64,000 nucleotides of DNA from Rhodosorus marinus CCMP1338. Taxonomy: Eukaryota; Plantae; Rhodophyta. Position numbers and translations under genes: made by a program. A model generated the notes under the pieces. The model did not search any database and had not been told where the DNA came from. It saw only the letters and a list, made by a program, of their open reading frames with translations. This document shows positions 25,126 through 38,861 of the stretch, piece after piece. The stretch covers positions 868,001-932,000 of the forward strand of contig JAMWBK010000002.1 of assembly GCA_029953675.1 (NCBI GenBank), read 5' to 3'. Position 1 is the stretch's first letter; each line of letters starts with the position of its first letter.

Positions 25126-27193
25126 AAGAAGGGAACTTTGAAGTTCGGGAAGACTTCTACGGATTTGTACCTGCTGGGGGCTTCCTGGCTGTTCTGTACA
25201 ATTTGGGGACGGAAGCTCAAGATCTGCTTGATGTGTCATGGGCTAGGGGAAAGCTTGGACTCGCAGAGAAAGCAGCTACGTCTCAACGGTTCTGAACGCG
25301 GATATCGTATCGAGCTTCCTTCCTTCGCTATGGAAGCCACCAACATGCATGGTTACCCAAGTTCGTGGACAGAGGGGTTTCCCGCATCCTTCGGGATGAA
25401 GCTGATCGGGTGGCCGTTGGTAGGACTCTGTGCAATAGGGAGGGGCAATACTTCCGCAATGAAGAGCCTCTCACGCGGACGGTGTCTCTCCAACATCTAG
25501 GATCGGCACGACGTATTCTAGTCCGACATCACCCCATGGGAGAGGGGTCTGTTGAACAGAATGGCTGTCATTGCGAAGATTCCATATCAGAACTTCTGCA
25601 GATACCCTCCACCGAACGAGTCTAAGCAGCCTCTAGACTGACTGTGCGAAAATTTCAGACCTATTGCCTCGGAATCGAAAGTACACGTTGGACAAACAGA
25701 AGTTCGTAGGGATCGAATGCAAGTCAAATGCTGTCCCCAAGGTGGATCATGAAGCATAATTTTGAGAATATGATACTACATTAAGAACATACACCTCCGA
25801 TAGCTTCCAGAACAAAGGTTTAGCTCCTAAGCTGGAACAATAATTTACCAAACCAACTATTTAGCACAATAATACAAGAAGTAATTTTTCTAAAATTTGG
25901 GAATAGAAACTGGTACGACTGTACGAACAAGTTCCTAGAGGCTCTAGCGGTCAAATGCCTCTTTTCGCCTCTTTTTGCAACCTTTCCTGCTGAGGAGAAA
26001 ACAAGGTGGCTGGCCGGGGGAGTACAGGAGGATGGAATCATCGATCAACATAAAAAGCTCTTTTTTAGAAGTAAAAGTTTATTCTTTCCCTTCGGAGGAA
26101 GAACCTTCGTTTTGCAGGGGGGAGGGGTTGTTTTGAATCCACATTCCAACCTTCGTAAGCGTCATATTTTGTCTTCCAAAAAAAAAACAAATTAGAATAG
26201 AAATATATGTAATTTTCTATTTCTTGAACAGTACCAATCAACGGTAGCGTTTAAAACGAAGGGGTTTTGTAAGGGATTTTTATTCATGGAACAATACCTT
26301 TGCTAGGGAGGTGAGGAAATGAAATCGGCTTTCCCCGAAGATTTTTTTTCGAAAGCCAGTCAAAGGGGATCCTGGATGTGCTTCTTTGCTGGTGGGGCGG
26401 AGGTGGAATTCTGGCTCGAGTTGAAAATCTCCTCTTGTCATTTTGCGACACGACTGTTCATGCTGCTGGTCCTCTCGACAATTCATAGCGTAGAGTTCAG
26501 GATACAGGATAGATCTTGAGCTTCTTTTGGAACCCGCTTCATCAGGAGAACTGGGGCTTGTTTGGCACGCCAACGTGCTTCGGACAATGGTTGTAGAGGA
26601 AAATATCGCAATCGATTGACAGAATCTGGTAGGCTTCGGACAAAGCTAGAACAAGATTCAAAGCGGAGTTTCTTGTTGGGACAGATTCATTGCTGGGGAT
26701 CCACAACCTTTTCGGCCGGCCTGGGTCCCCCAAGTTCAGTACGGCTCAGTGAAGCGAAATCACTGGGCGGAGAAAAATTTGGGCCCTCAGTTCTGCCCAA
26801 GACCTGGGTTCCACTACTTGCTAGGCAGGCGAATTGACGAAGGGAACTATGAGATCGTCCCTGTATGTGAACGAAGCCACACAACCCATTAGGGGTTTCT
26901 TTAACGCATAGATAGTTTCTTTGTTCCCTCCTGACGGGCTGCTTCAATAGGGAGTCCTTTAGTAAAGCGTTCACGGTTACATTCGAACGGTGGATGCTAT
27001 ACGGGTTAAAGAAGAAAAGCATTGCTCTTTTCAAAGCAGACGCTTCAGAAACATGCCAAAGCTTTGAATGTACTCTACAGCTCGCAATCAGAGCTGTAAT
27101 CGATCGCTGATCGCCGAGGCTGAGCAAAAATATTTACAAGGGTGATAAGAGAACACATATACACACATCGAGCCAGCACCTAAAATGAATCTG

Positions 27194-27831
27194 CTATACA
27201 GGCGCCTGACAGTCCACGCTGGAGCTCACATTCTCTACAGATAGGGAAGATATCGAGGACGCGAGCTCGCACTTCGACAGATTGGACGCGTTGTCTAGAG
27301 AACTCTCTCTGCGCAGGAGAACCAGGCCGGTATGTCTCAGAGAACAGCCGTAGTAGCTTGAGGAACAACGAGTTTGGCAATTCAAAGCTTACGGAAACCC
27401 AGCTTTCTCGATCTCTCCATCCCGTTCAGCCCGAAGATCCATGCCCCTCTGTATCAACAAGAGGCACTCAAGCAACCGACTGTTCTCCTCCTCGAGCTGT
27501 GAAGCCTTGTATTTCAGATCCCTAATCGAGGCTGTTAACATTTCCAATCGTTCCTCTTCTTCCAACAAATTCATCTTGGAGCAATTCCTCTGCCTACTCT
27601 TCGTCCCACTGAGTAACTCTCTCCTTTCCCTCCTGAAATGCAAACACGAAAAGGGACGTCAGCAGTGGCCAGGATACGACTGCAGCTACCGTCCCAAAAG
27701 AGAATGCACAAAACACGTTACCTTTGACCACGCTTCTTCTTTAGGCCTTGCACTGGTAACACCCTCGCCATCCCACTAGGAACCTTTCTCAGTACTCCGG
27801 CTCTCCCATCCACCAAGCCCGCGTCAACCAT
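27194..27831 (-). CDS. Hypothetical protein with a basic region followed by a coiled coil (bZIP-like), 3 exons
   Basis: ATG at 27831; two phase-2 GT-AG introns join KKKRGQR|RERRELLSGTKSRQRNCSKMNLLEEEERLEMLTASIRDLKYKASQLEEENSRL... to a Ser-rich tail. Confidence 0.55.
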
Positions 27832-29246
27832 GCGTTTAGGGGTGCGCTCTGTATGTCACCGCGGTTATGTGGGTGAAGGTTAACCTATATACACATGTAT
27901 AAAACTTGTCCACCTCCAGTGTATCGTGCGGAAGCTTTGGAATCTCAGTCCTTACACCAGCCGTTGACCATTCATCTGGTGCGGGTTCCACATTAAAAGC
28001 TTAGCACTGTACCGCCTGGCCCTCCATCGTGCAGCAGTGGATACCCGTTGGCGAAAAAAAAGGGGGCATGAGCAACACACTTGGTCAATTCAGAATATTG
28101 AAAGCATACCTGACAAGTGGACGTCAATCTCATCATGTAAAAAAGATGGGAACTGTGTGCGAACGAGGAAAATGGGAGCTCTTTTTCAGTCATTTGAGGG
28201 AAGAAAAAATCAACTGCAAAACAACACCAAAAACAGGGGGGAGAGCTTTAGGAGTCATTTTAATTGGTTTTCCTTCCCCGGCCTAAGAGTTCTCACTGGA
28301 GAAAGGACAATGAATTACCCACTACATCTTCAACAAGAAAACAAATTTCTATTTCATCAAAATCGGTCTCCTTCCTTCCCGCTGGACAACGTCCCCCCAC
28401 CCCCCAGCAGCCCGAACAACCCCATCCAACCGATACTCAACAGAGTCACTCATTCAACCAGTCCGTCCCTCCCCCCCCGGCTCAAAAACCCCTTCCCTGG
28501 ACAATAATAGAATAAACTTAGTCACTAACCCCCCTTAGTCGCCAATCCTTTTCTACATGCTCTTCCGCATTTCCGGACAAGCTTACAAGAGACCTTCTCC
28601 GAAAAAGCTTGGTGTGGCTACAAAAAATATTGTGGAAAAAGGAAACGTCACTACGTTGTGCGTTTCAGGTGAGTATTCTCTACTGGCTGTGTACTTGGGA
28701 ACCCCATAAAAAAAAAAGAAGAACGTTTATTTAGAAAGGGACCCGAGCCATCCCTTTTTTTTTTAATAGCGGGATAATTTTGTGCATCAAAAGAGAATAT
28801 ATAGGGTGCCGCCGCTATTTGGGAGTCACGTAATATGGAAAATTTCAAAAGGCGGCTTTGCCGATAATAAAACGGAGAAAACATTTTGAAAAAATGAATA
28901 CGGAATTTTGAATTTCTATATTGGAGGAATCATCGTTGAAGACAAAATTCCCCCTTCCCCCTCCATATCCCAATCATATCAATTGTTTGGAAATATTATT
29001 AAATATCTGCGTCCCGGACAGAAAACTTTGCAAAAAAAGGAAAACAGGACGGGGTGCCTCGAAGAGCGAGGAAAAATGCTCCAGTTTCATCGCAATTCAT
29101 GAGGTATTGAGTGTGAACGGTACAGATTGGGAAACCCGTTAGGCTCGTGGTTTTTTTGGTTTCACATGATGCGGAGTGGCGATGGGCGCCTTTTTTCTTG
29201 CTCCAGGGAAAGACTGGTGAAAACCTTGAAACCCCCTCCACTTCGA

Positions 29247-29286
29247 TGGGTTTAATGGGTTTTATTGGGTTTTAATGGGTTTTAAT
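29247..29286. repeat. Short tandem repeat, (TGGGTTTTAA)-like, 4 units
   Basis: Seen directly: tgggtttaatgggttttattgggttttaatgggttttaat. Confidence 0.8.
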
Positions 29287-32200
29287 AGTAGCGAATAATC
29301 GAAGAAGAAAAGTTTTGGAAGGTCAGTGTAGGAGGCAGTTTCTACAGTTAAAGAGAAGAGCGGCCCTTCATCTAACAATAGAAATGACGAGTGCCTTGTT
29401 CTAGACAGAGGTGTTAGAAAAAGGCAACATCCTAGATGTCTACATTCTCCCAATTGTCAATCTAGAACGGTTTAATTCTCTTGCATGTCTTCGAAAGCCC
29501 TCCCGGTTCAACACTATCAAGGCTTCAGGTGGTTTGGTCTTGCCGAGCTCGAGCCCTATGACTTACTCAGATAGATGCTCTTACCGAGCAAAATTTAGAG
29601 CTTTTTCGGTCATATCGGATGGCACAACCCTCCAATTCTTGGCGTTTGAGAATGTTCACCTATATCTGGAAAGATATTCAGAGACTTCATTTCCAAAAAT
29701 ATGGAAATGAGTTGCGGAATAAGGGCACACAGACAACTCTGCATGAGCAAACAAAGGGTGTGTTTCCAGCGTTCATTTCCTCCTACAAAGATATGTATAG
29801 TGGGCACAGCCCTTTACAGACGAGAATTGAGGGCTATCTCCTCATAAGTCCAAGTGGAGCACTTAGCATCGCGCCGAATTTGTATCCTTTCAAACCAACG
29901 AACCACACGTGCCCCAATTTCACTTTTATAAGTACAAAACGTATGTCTAGAATTGTTTTTAGACCAAAACGTAATATAAATAATCACTATTTTCAAAATA
30001 ATTTTGACGGATTGGTTTTTTCTTGGGTTGCTGCTTGCTTGGAATAGTACTCTGGGTGGTCCTCACAAACCACCCATATATATAATATGCCGCATGTCGA
30101 GTATTGAAATGTTTTACTGAAGTTCTGAACCCTAGTTGCACCCTTCTATATCCGGTGCAAGAAACGGAAACGATCTTCCGGGCCTTTTCTTTTTTGTGTC
30201 TTGTTTGTGCTTAAAAGCACGATTATTCCGTAATGTCCAAACGGGCGAGAGCGAAAACCGAATATTGTCTTTTTCTTTTTGTGGTGAGCATATGCCTTTT
30301 TTTCGGTCTTCCCGTCTGTTTCCCATGCCACGTAAACGGTTTGCTTTTGTCTTTTTTGTTTTGAGGTTTCTTGATTTCTCGTTTCCTCTTTTTTTTTCTT
30401 AGTAGTCCGGCGCGAGGCGTTGTTGGTCTTGTGCATTCAACAGGAGACGCCCAATAAAAAAAACGAGACGGAAACTTCTCTTTTCCTTTCTTTCTAGAAT
30501 GTCTTTTATCTTTTGGGGTTTTAACGTGAACAGACGTTGGGGATCTGTATTCGGAGGAGCGTCAAGGCTCACGAAGTTTCCATCTTCATATATATTTATT
30601 TATTTTTCGGAAGATGGGCGATCCAGACCGTTTTACGTTACACAGATCGTTGTTGCTCGCCGGATGATGTTGATGTTGATTTGCTTTCGCCTGTCGTTCG
30701 TGCTCCTTCAGGCCCCTACGGCGCCCATGTCCGGATCAAGTAAACGGTTTGGCAGTGCGGGCTCGGGAGTGAGCGTGCAGTCACGTTTGTACGCAGTGCC
30801 CAAGTTCCCAAGGCCACTGCTCCACAATTCTAAACACTGAAGCGCTTCAAGTGCTGTCTGTAGAGATGCACGAGCTGAGCCCGTTCAGCAGGGTGTTGAT
30901 GTTGTCTCTGTGGAATCTGCATTAGTATGCGACATCCACCTGCATCTAGCCGCGCCTGTAAGTCTGAACGGACGCCTCTACATCACTCGTTTACTCTCAA
31001 CCAGTAGGGCAGCTTTCACTAATCCCTGAAAAAGTCAATCGATCCTTGAGAAACTACTCACAGTTGCGTTTCTCCAACCCGCGGGGCAACCCTCACGAAT
31101 CCTTGCGCGCTGAGAAGCTACTCTCCAACACGGCTGTGCTAGTCAACAAGGACAAGTCTATAACCCTACGCAAACCTTGTAAGGTGTGCTCCAGGAATGG
31201 TTTTCGAATGAAAGGCATTGTACAAAAGGCCACAATGGCACCTTCTTCCCATGATTCACATATCTACCTCTTGAAAGACCCAATGTTCCCCATTGTCCGG
31301 GAACTCGCTGGCACAGCTTCAACAGTCAAAAACTTGCAAAAATGCGGAGGAGTAAAAGGGCTGCTAAGCAAACCCGACACCTCGAGAAGACAGATTAAGA
31401 AGGGGACTTCTTTGCACCCGCGGGAGAAACGAAACGAAACGAAATGCTGTCGAGGGACATGAGCTGATTGCTCTATGAAAAAATATATAGATGATCATCA
31501 TATAACTTACGTGTACATGTCCACCCAAAAACGTTAATATCGATACGCACCCACCACAGTTCTTGACCATGGAGACGAGTGCCCGTTGAACGGGATACGA
31601 TAGCGTCACATGTGGTAGTAGTATGGCGAGGCGCTTTCAAACAAAGAAAAAGGTAAAAGGCTGAGATAGTAAGGGGTTTAATCGCGCATGGATCCACGTT
31701 GCCGCCTCTTTCTCCAGATTGTACACGTAACCTGCTCGGCGACACGGAAAAACGTCGGAAGGCCCCCCAGCGCCTAAAATTGACTGCTGGGTTTACCTCA
31801 CATGGGTTCCTCGCTTACACTGAAGTGGTATAGACATATATCAGTACAGCTACCCAAGAGCACGGATGCCACGTTCCTCTCTAAAAAAAAAGATAAAATT
31901 CATACAAGAAAGTGAAAGAATTTCGTGGCGGGTTCCCCGTTCAATTGGCTGAATAATTTCCTCGGAATTCACCATCTGTACTGTTGAAACTTGGATTAAA
32001 ACCCCCGTTGTCCCTTTTCTCGAAAGCTGAAATTGTTTTGAAGGTTGTTCGGGTGTCCAAGCAAAGGTCAAGGTTGTTCTTAAATAGACTTTTTGTACTA
32101 AAACTAGACTTGAGGAAGTCTGGGCAGTGATCAAAAAGTAAAGCAATTGAAACTTTACGAACAACACACACAACTGGAACATCGGGTGCCAACATATACG

Positions 32201-34852
32201 TTCCGGATTTGGACAACTGTCCGATTCAAACAAGTCGAACACCCAACCCCCCTGCCTGGGGCCTTGCGCATCTCAGCTGTACCAAGAGCAAAAAAAAGAA
32301 GTCGCCTTGCTCACCCCCTAGCTGTTATTGAGCATCCGAAAAAGACTGAAAAAAATATTCATCTCATGATCTCCCGAGCTGCCAATTGCTACGGCATTAC
32401 CATACCGTTAAACCAATTATGCCATTACTTTTGAAGTCGTCAGTAAAAATTTAGTTTATTCCTCTTCTCATCCCTTTAGATGTCGCCGCAATTTGCCTTG
32501 TTGTATACGTATCGCCTGAATAAGCTGCCACTACCCGCTGATTCCAAGGACCGTCCATATTTTCATTTTCTTTTATTACATATGAAAATTCCGTGTCTTT
32601 GTGGGAACGGATTTATCGGAATGTAAGCACAGCGCGGGATGTCCCTCAAGGCTGCAACGTGTGTGTGTATGTACGAGAGGCCAGGAAGCCGAATAAAAGC
32701 TCCCAGTGATCGCTGTCCTATGTCATATGTACCTATCGACTAAAAGGCTAGGTGCCGTGTTACTTTCTCCACACAAGGGGTCCTTACCGACCATCTCAAC
32801 TCAAATAAAAAAGGAATTCTGACCCCTCCGGACGTTTTCAAGAAGAAAACGACAAACCAATATGATTTGCAACCGTGCTAATTTTCTTTCCTTTTTATTC
32901 TTGTTTTCCCTGTAACCCTTCCCCCCCCTGGTCATGAGCTGCCGTCCTCCTCTATTCGAACACTATACCCCTGAATTGATCTATGTACCATCTGAAAACG
33001 ATCTTTTTGAACGAGAATTGACACAAGGGCGGAGTTGTTGAAGGGTGCTAAAAGTTCGATAAATTTTAACTTCCGCTCAACCCGTGCTATTTCAACTGCC
33101 ATATCACGTTCTGTTATTGAAAAGAAATTCTGAGATGGTCTAATTATTTTAAGATAATTGTTTTTTGCAACTAATCGACCTTGTGGGGGCGATGGGTTTC
33201 AATGGTGATCGTTTTTTGCAAATCGTCGGGTGTGTGACTAGCTGGAGTTTTATCCCCGTGAGTGGGGGACGTTGAGCTCGGAATGCCTCTTTTATTGCTG
33301 ATCGAAAGTTTTGGGCGACAAGAGTCACAATCGACTGCTACTATAGAAAACACTTAGAAACTTCTTTGCAGAGACGGGTTTTATAATAAGTGACCACTTT
33401 CCCCCCTCCCCCTAGAAGGCCTTGATCACTCTGATGAAAACAGAAGAAAAAAAAATCGGTGAGCGATTGTCGTGCTCCCCTTTTTCGCTACTATTTCCGG
33501 GCTCTAATTCTGCCTTGCCAAGTTCATTGAGCAGGGAGCCTAAACCAAACCTGATTAAATGCTTCGGTCTTCGAGGCGGTTGTTCGGTGGCTTTTTTGTT
33601 CTTGTGTATCTTATTCGCGTATGGAAACTGATAGTGTCGGTACCATAGGGAGACTGGGGCACCAAATAGACCTTTCAACACCCCCGCAGGACCCGAACAT
33701 ATAGGACTTTTTGCTGAGCGGGTCGCTTTCCGATTGCATATTCTTCGCTCTTCCTGCCGTCGAAAGAAGAGCACGCCAAGAAATGGGTTTTTGTATGAGT
33801 CTCTACGTGGGAGGTTGATGAGGGTTGTGAAGTATTGAAACAAAACCTCTTTCTACCAGGGCCAATCGAAAAATAAAATTTTCGTTTGATTCTGCTAGGT
33901 TGAAAAGTTCTTTGGGAACGTTAGAAACCTTAAAAGAGCACGTTGGCTGCACACAAAATGCAGGGGGGTCGTTAGTTTTGTTTCTTTTAAAAGCGTTTGT
34001 CAAGGGCGGATGTTTTGGAAGCGTGCAAATAGCCAAAGAGAGTGTGTCTTCCACAGGCGCACACATGCGTACCCTTTTTTTTCTTTTTTTGTTCCCTCCG
34101 CACATGTGAATATACGGGAGCAGCAAAAAAAGGAGCTTTTTTAAAGCGTCACGGAGCCGCAACCAAATCATTAGATTGCGAAACTGTTGCTCCACGTTGA
34201 GAAGCACAATCGCGGATAGGGAAACCACTTCCCGGGGCACTTTAAAGGAGTTTCTCAGGGGAGTGTTTAGGTAACAGTTGAAGAGGAGTCCTCGTTTGTG
34301 ATTCTGAACTTTTCGAATACAAACCGTTACTCGTTTCTGTACGAAGATGTGTGTGTTTGGAAAGCTGCGGAAGCCATGTGGGTCTCCGCTAAGCCAGAAC
34401 AAACTGGACGCAGGAAAACTTTAGAAAGTCTAGCTGTGAGAACGGCATATCCTCTTATGAGATGACAATCAAGACAGGACATTTGCGTGATTGCTATTAT
34501 CAGACAGCAATCACGCGTTTGGAGGCGATCATTCGGTTCCAAAGAAGCGGGGTGAGTCACTAGTCCGCTGATCGTGAGAACGGCCGGTTCAAGATCAATG
34601 ACGAAGAGTGTTCCTCTTGAAGCTTGTTCTGCATTAGCTAGTCCACGCCAGGTTCATGTTTTTTTGGGGGGGGGGGGGGGGGGGGTGGTCCTTCTATGAG
34701 ATCCTCTGCACGAAGCATTGTTCAACGTTTCTGCACTGCTACGAATCTACAGAGGATCGCACTTTTGCTTCACTACTAAATTTACAGTTGGAAAAAAAAA
34801 AGTAGCGTGGTTCCGCAGTTTAAATAAGCAACATGGTTCAACTCCATATACC

Positions 34853-37646
34853 TTAAGCTGCTTCTGCAACCTCGACAGGGTCGGCAACATTCTGTACATA
34901 GACACCGTCATCTACTTCATTGTCTTCTCCGAACGCGTGTTCCGTTTCATCCTCCTGCTTCTGTCTATCCCACATTTCATAGTAAACACTCTGCTTCTTT
35001 ATCAGCTCCTCGTGGGTACCCCGCTCAACAATCTCTCCATGCAATAGCACGATGATTTCGTCCGCGTTAACAACCTGCGCATTGCAAACCCAAGAAAATA
35101 CAAGTACCTTTAGAAAGTGTAAAAACAACAACACGGGGAAGCAGGTCTCCAGTCACCGTCTCACCGTTGACAGCCGATGAGCAACGATTATGCACGTCCG
35201 TTCACGTCCTATCTCAGTCAGCGAATCCGCTATCTCACGTTCCGTCTTCGAGTCCAAAGCACTCGTAGCTTCGTCCTGCAGGAGTATCCGCGGCGCTTTC
35301 AGCATACACCGAGCGATCGCAACCCGCTGCTTTTCTCCACCAGAGAGTCGGAGACCACGTTCTCCAACTTTGGTTTCGTACCTACGGGGCCAAAAGTAAA
35401 ACCGTTCGGCGATGAAAATTCACCATTTCGAAACTCTCATGGAAAGTGGCTCCTAAATCTCCCAACTCTACAACGCTTCTGGTCGACAAAGTCGAGAATA
35501 TGATCATACCCCTTGTCCATCTTCTCTATGGTACCGCTGATTTGTGCCAGTTTCGCCGCTTTCTCCACTTCCTCACTTGTGGCCCCGGGTTTGGCGTACG
35601 CGATGTTATAACCAATCGTGTCATTGAAGAGCACCGTATCCTGAGGGATCATTCCCATCTCTGCCCTTAGACTCGTCGTAGTTACCTGGATGTATCAAAA
35701 TAAAAAGTTCGTTGTTGAGTCGCCCGAGATACGGTGCTTGTGGCGGGCGCGAGAAACTCAGAGCGTTTTTCCTACCTTGGAGATGTCTTGTCCATCGATC
35801 AGGACACGCCCTTCGGTAGGGTCATGAAGGCGGTAGAGAAGGCTGAGCAGCGTAGACTTTCCGGAGCCCGATGGCCCAACTACTGCGGCAGTTTTTCCAG
35901 CAGGTACACTAAAGCTGACGCCCTTCAAGATTTCATCTCCTGCGCCGTACCGGAAGCGAATATTTTCAAACTTAACCTCCCCATCTGTCACGTCCAAATG
36001 ATCGGCATCCGCGGCGTCAAGGATTGCGGGTTGCCTTTGAAACAGCTCCATCAAGTTCTCCATATCCACAAGCGTTTGCTTAAGTTCCCGATACTGCCAT
36101 CCAATAAACTGCAGCGGGACCCACATTTGTTGCAACAAGGTTGAAGCCATGACGAGATCTCCCACCGTACGGACTCCAGCCATGATGTCAAGAGTGGATA
36201 GCAGAAGAACAAGAGTACTTCCAACAGCAAAGATCGCCTACGCAGTTTTGTGGGGGGGGGGGGGACAGGGCATTCTTGTCAGAGAAAACTTGCAGGCGTT
36301 CACAGACCTCTTGACGTCCGCGATCTGAGACTCAACACGCAGTTCAAACGGCGCCGTTAAGCGAAGGCTCATCCTTGTCGCATAGTAAAACCGGTAGTAT
36401 ATGCCGAATTTGTCCTTACCCCCTGGACCATGTTCAACAACGCGTACTCTTTATCGTTCCTCACAGATACTCGTTCCAGGTGCGAGAGGCTCTCGTCATA
36501 CCGTGAAGACTCAAAGCGTTCATTGTTGAAGATCTAGGAGTAAAATTTCAAAGCCAAGCTTTCAGTGAGTTCACTGCTGGCCGGCAGGTACGGTTTGTGG
36601 TTTTACCGCTGAGTGACATCCTCACCTTGACCGTCTGAAAGTTCGTCAGCGAATCGTTCAGCTTTGCCGAGGCTTCGTTTTCCACTAAATTGAGCTCCTT
36701 TCGAGTTTGTATCATGCGATTGTTTAGCAGCAGGGTCGTTCCAACGTAGACCACGAAGCTGATCAGCGTGATTATCGCGTAGCTTGGAGCAAACTGGGTT
36801 GACAGGACGGCCGCCACCATTCCCGCCTCCAGAAGTGAAGGTAAAAAGCTGAACAAAAGTACACGAAATACACCGTTAACAGATCGGGTGCCCCGGTCGA
36901 CAATGCGGACCTACGAAACAGGGGCGGGGGGACATGGGGGTGAGGATTGCTTTTTTCACCACGAGGGAGTTGCGATATTCACGTACAAGGGCACCAGTGC
37001 GGGAATGAGAGTGAAAATCTGCGTCAAGATCATGTATATGCTCAAAGCTCATTCTGGTAACTCGTCTCCCAACAGCATATTGCGCGCGTGAAAAGACCAC
37101 GTTTCGTGATTCGTGTGTAACACCGGACAGCAGCTTCAGAAGACCGTACAGGATAACCAATGAGGCGCACACTTGAGTGGCCGTGAAAGCCCTTCCTATC
37201 TCTGGCGAAGCCAAGAACGGAAGAAAGCGAAGCAGTGGGCCGGGAATTGCTCCGAGGGTGACCGTATCAACCGCCGCTTTGAAGAAAAACGGTACCAGCA
37301 AGTTCAGTACCTTCGACGTGAACATGAGCATCATCGCCAGGACCAGCCGTCGTACGATCTTCTTCTCCCGGCTTGACACCTTGGAGAGGAAGGAGAACAC
37401 CTCCGAAAGGGATGCCCCCTTCGGAGTCACTTTCTTCTCATCAGGATTGAACCCAGCCTCAGCGGGCTTCTGTGCTGGCGCCGCCGCAACTGCCCTAACC
37501 GGAGCAACCCGTCGACACCTCCTCACCGAGGCCCCAATTCCAAACCTACCATCAACCAAAGTACGCCTACTACCACAAACCCCACCACGATTCAATCCTC
37601 CCAAACCACCCACAAATCCCAACACGGGGCGTCGACGTTGTTCCAT
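34853..37646 (-). CDS. ABC transporter subfamily B half transporter, ATM1/ABCB7/HMT1-like, with organellar transit peptide, 7 exons
   Basis: Motifs [83 protein letters not shown] and IVAHRLST; six in-phase introns. Confidence 0.93.
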
Positions 37647-37829
37647 CCTTTCAAAACCTCAACAAAAAAATACAAATGTTCCCCTTCCCTTCCTTCTTCA
37701 CGCCAAAACAACGACCAAAACTCCCTTCTCAATCAAACATCCTTCACGTCCATCCGATCCCCACATCCCCCAACACCGAAAATCCCAAACAAAAAAACCA
37801 ACGATCTCATCCAAACTCCTTACAACCTT

Positions 37830-37890
37830 AACTCTCTCTCTCTCTCTCTTTTAGCCACTCCTTTCCCAGAGAACAAACTCTCTCCCCCTC

Positions 37891-37920
<30 letters not shown>
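37830..37920. repeat. (CT)n microsatellites upstream of the ABCB gene
   Basis: Runs of ctctct at about 37832-37850 and 37896-37920. Confidence 0.9.
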
Positions 37921-37921
<1 letters not shown>

Positions 37922-38861
37922 CTTTCTGTCCTCTCTCCTCCCCCACCCCCCCTCTCAAGAAACACTACTCAAAAAAAGGCTTTCAAAAAAGCAACATTTT
38001 AGCTTCTCAATTTTTTAAATTTCCCTCCTCCTCACGAAGAAAAAAAAGATCGAATTGAGATCGTGTAGAACTGAGAATGGGAGAACCAAATGTCATCTAA
38101 TGAAAGAATGTCATATTCAACTCCATTTTCTGAGTTTTTTTCCATCACCCGAAGGATATGTGTGGTGGCGTTAGAAGGGGTGGGAAGAGGGGGGTAGTGG
38201 CTATCACCAAAAAAATCCTCAAGTCTCAGGCGTGACTCCAACGCCAGAATTTTTTTTGTGAGGTTCGGGAGAAGGGGGGGGGGGGCTGGGTAGGATGGGG
38301 AGAAGGAGAGCGTTGCTTTGGCTTGGGCTGTTTATACCTGTTTCGCAGACATGAAGGAGTTTGGTTTATGAGCTAATGCTGACTGAAAGGGGAAGAAATG
38401 ATGGTGGTGGCGGGTGGCGGAGGCACAGATCTGGTCGCGTTCGATTGGGGAGGTGTTTTTGTTGATTTTTTTTTCTAAAATGTTGTGTTTGGGGGTTTTA
38501 CTCTTGATAAGCCCTTGGATCAATGTTCCGGATTTCCCCTGGAGCAAGCAGACTGCCGAGCACCTTCTCGTTTATGTCGGTAAAGTTTTCTTTTTTAGCT
38601 CGTTAACAATGCGAGCGATTAGCGATCAGAATGGGTTGTTCAAAAAACCCCTATTTAACTTTTTGAGGTAGTAGTACATGTAAAAAATTCTTCGCCACGA
38701 CGGACGCTTCCATGGTTGGCTTGAGAAAGGCCACCCAAGCGAAAGAGTAAAACCCGAAAAATAAACCTTTGTACGTTCTCTAACAATCGTATCGACTTCT
38801 ATTCGTCGACTATCTCTCCAGAGCAACTTGCTCGAATAATAGTGGCTATAAGTTCCTGAAT

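Noticed and set aside
29247-29286. Interstitial telomere
   Set aside because: There are only four imperfect units and the organism's telomere repeat is unknown.
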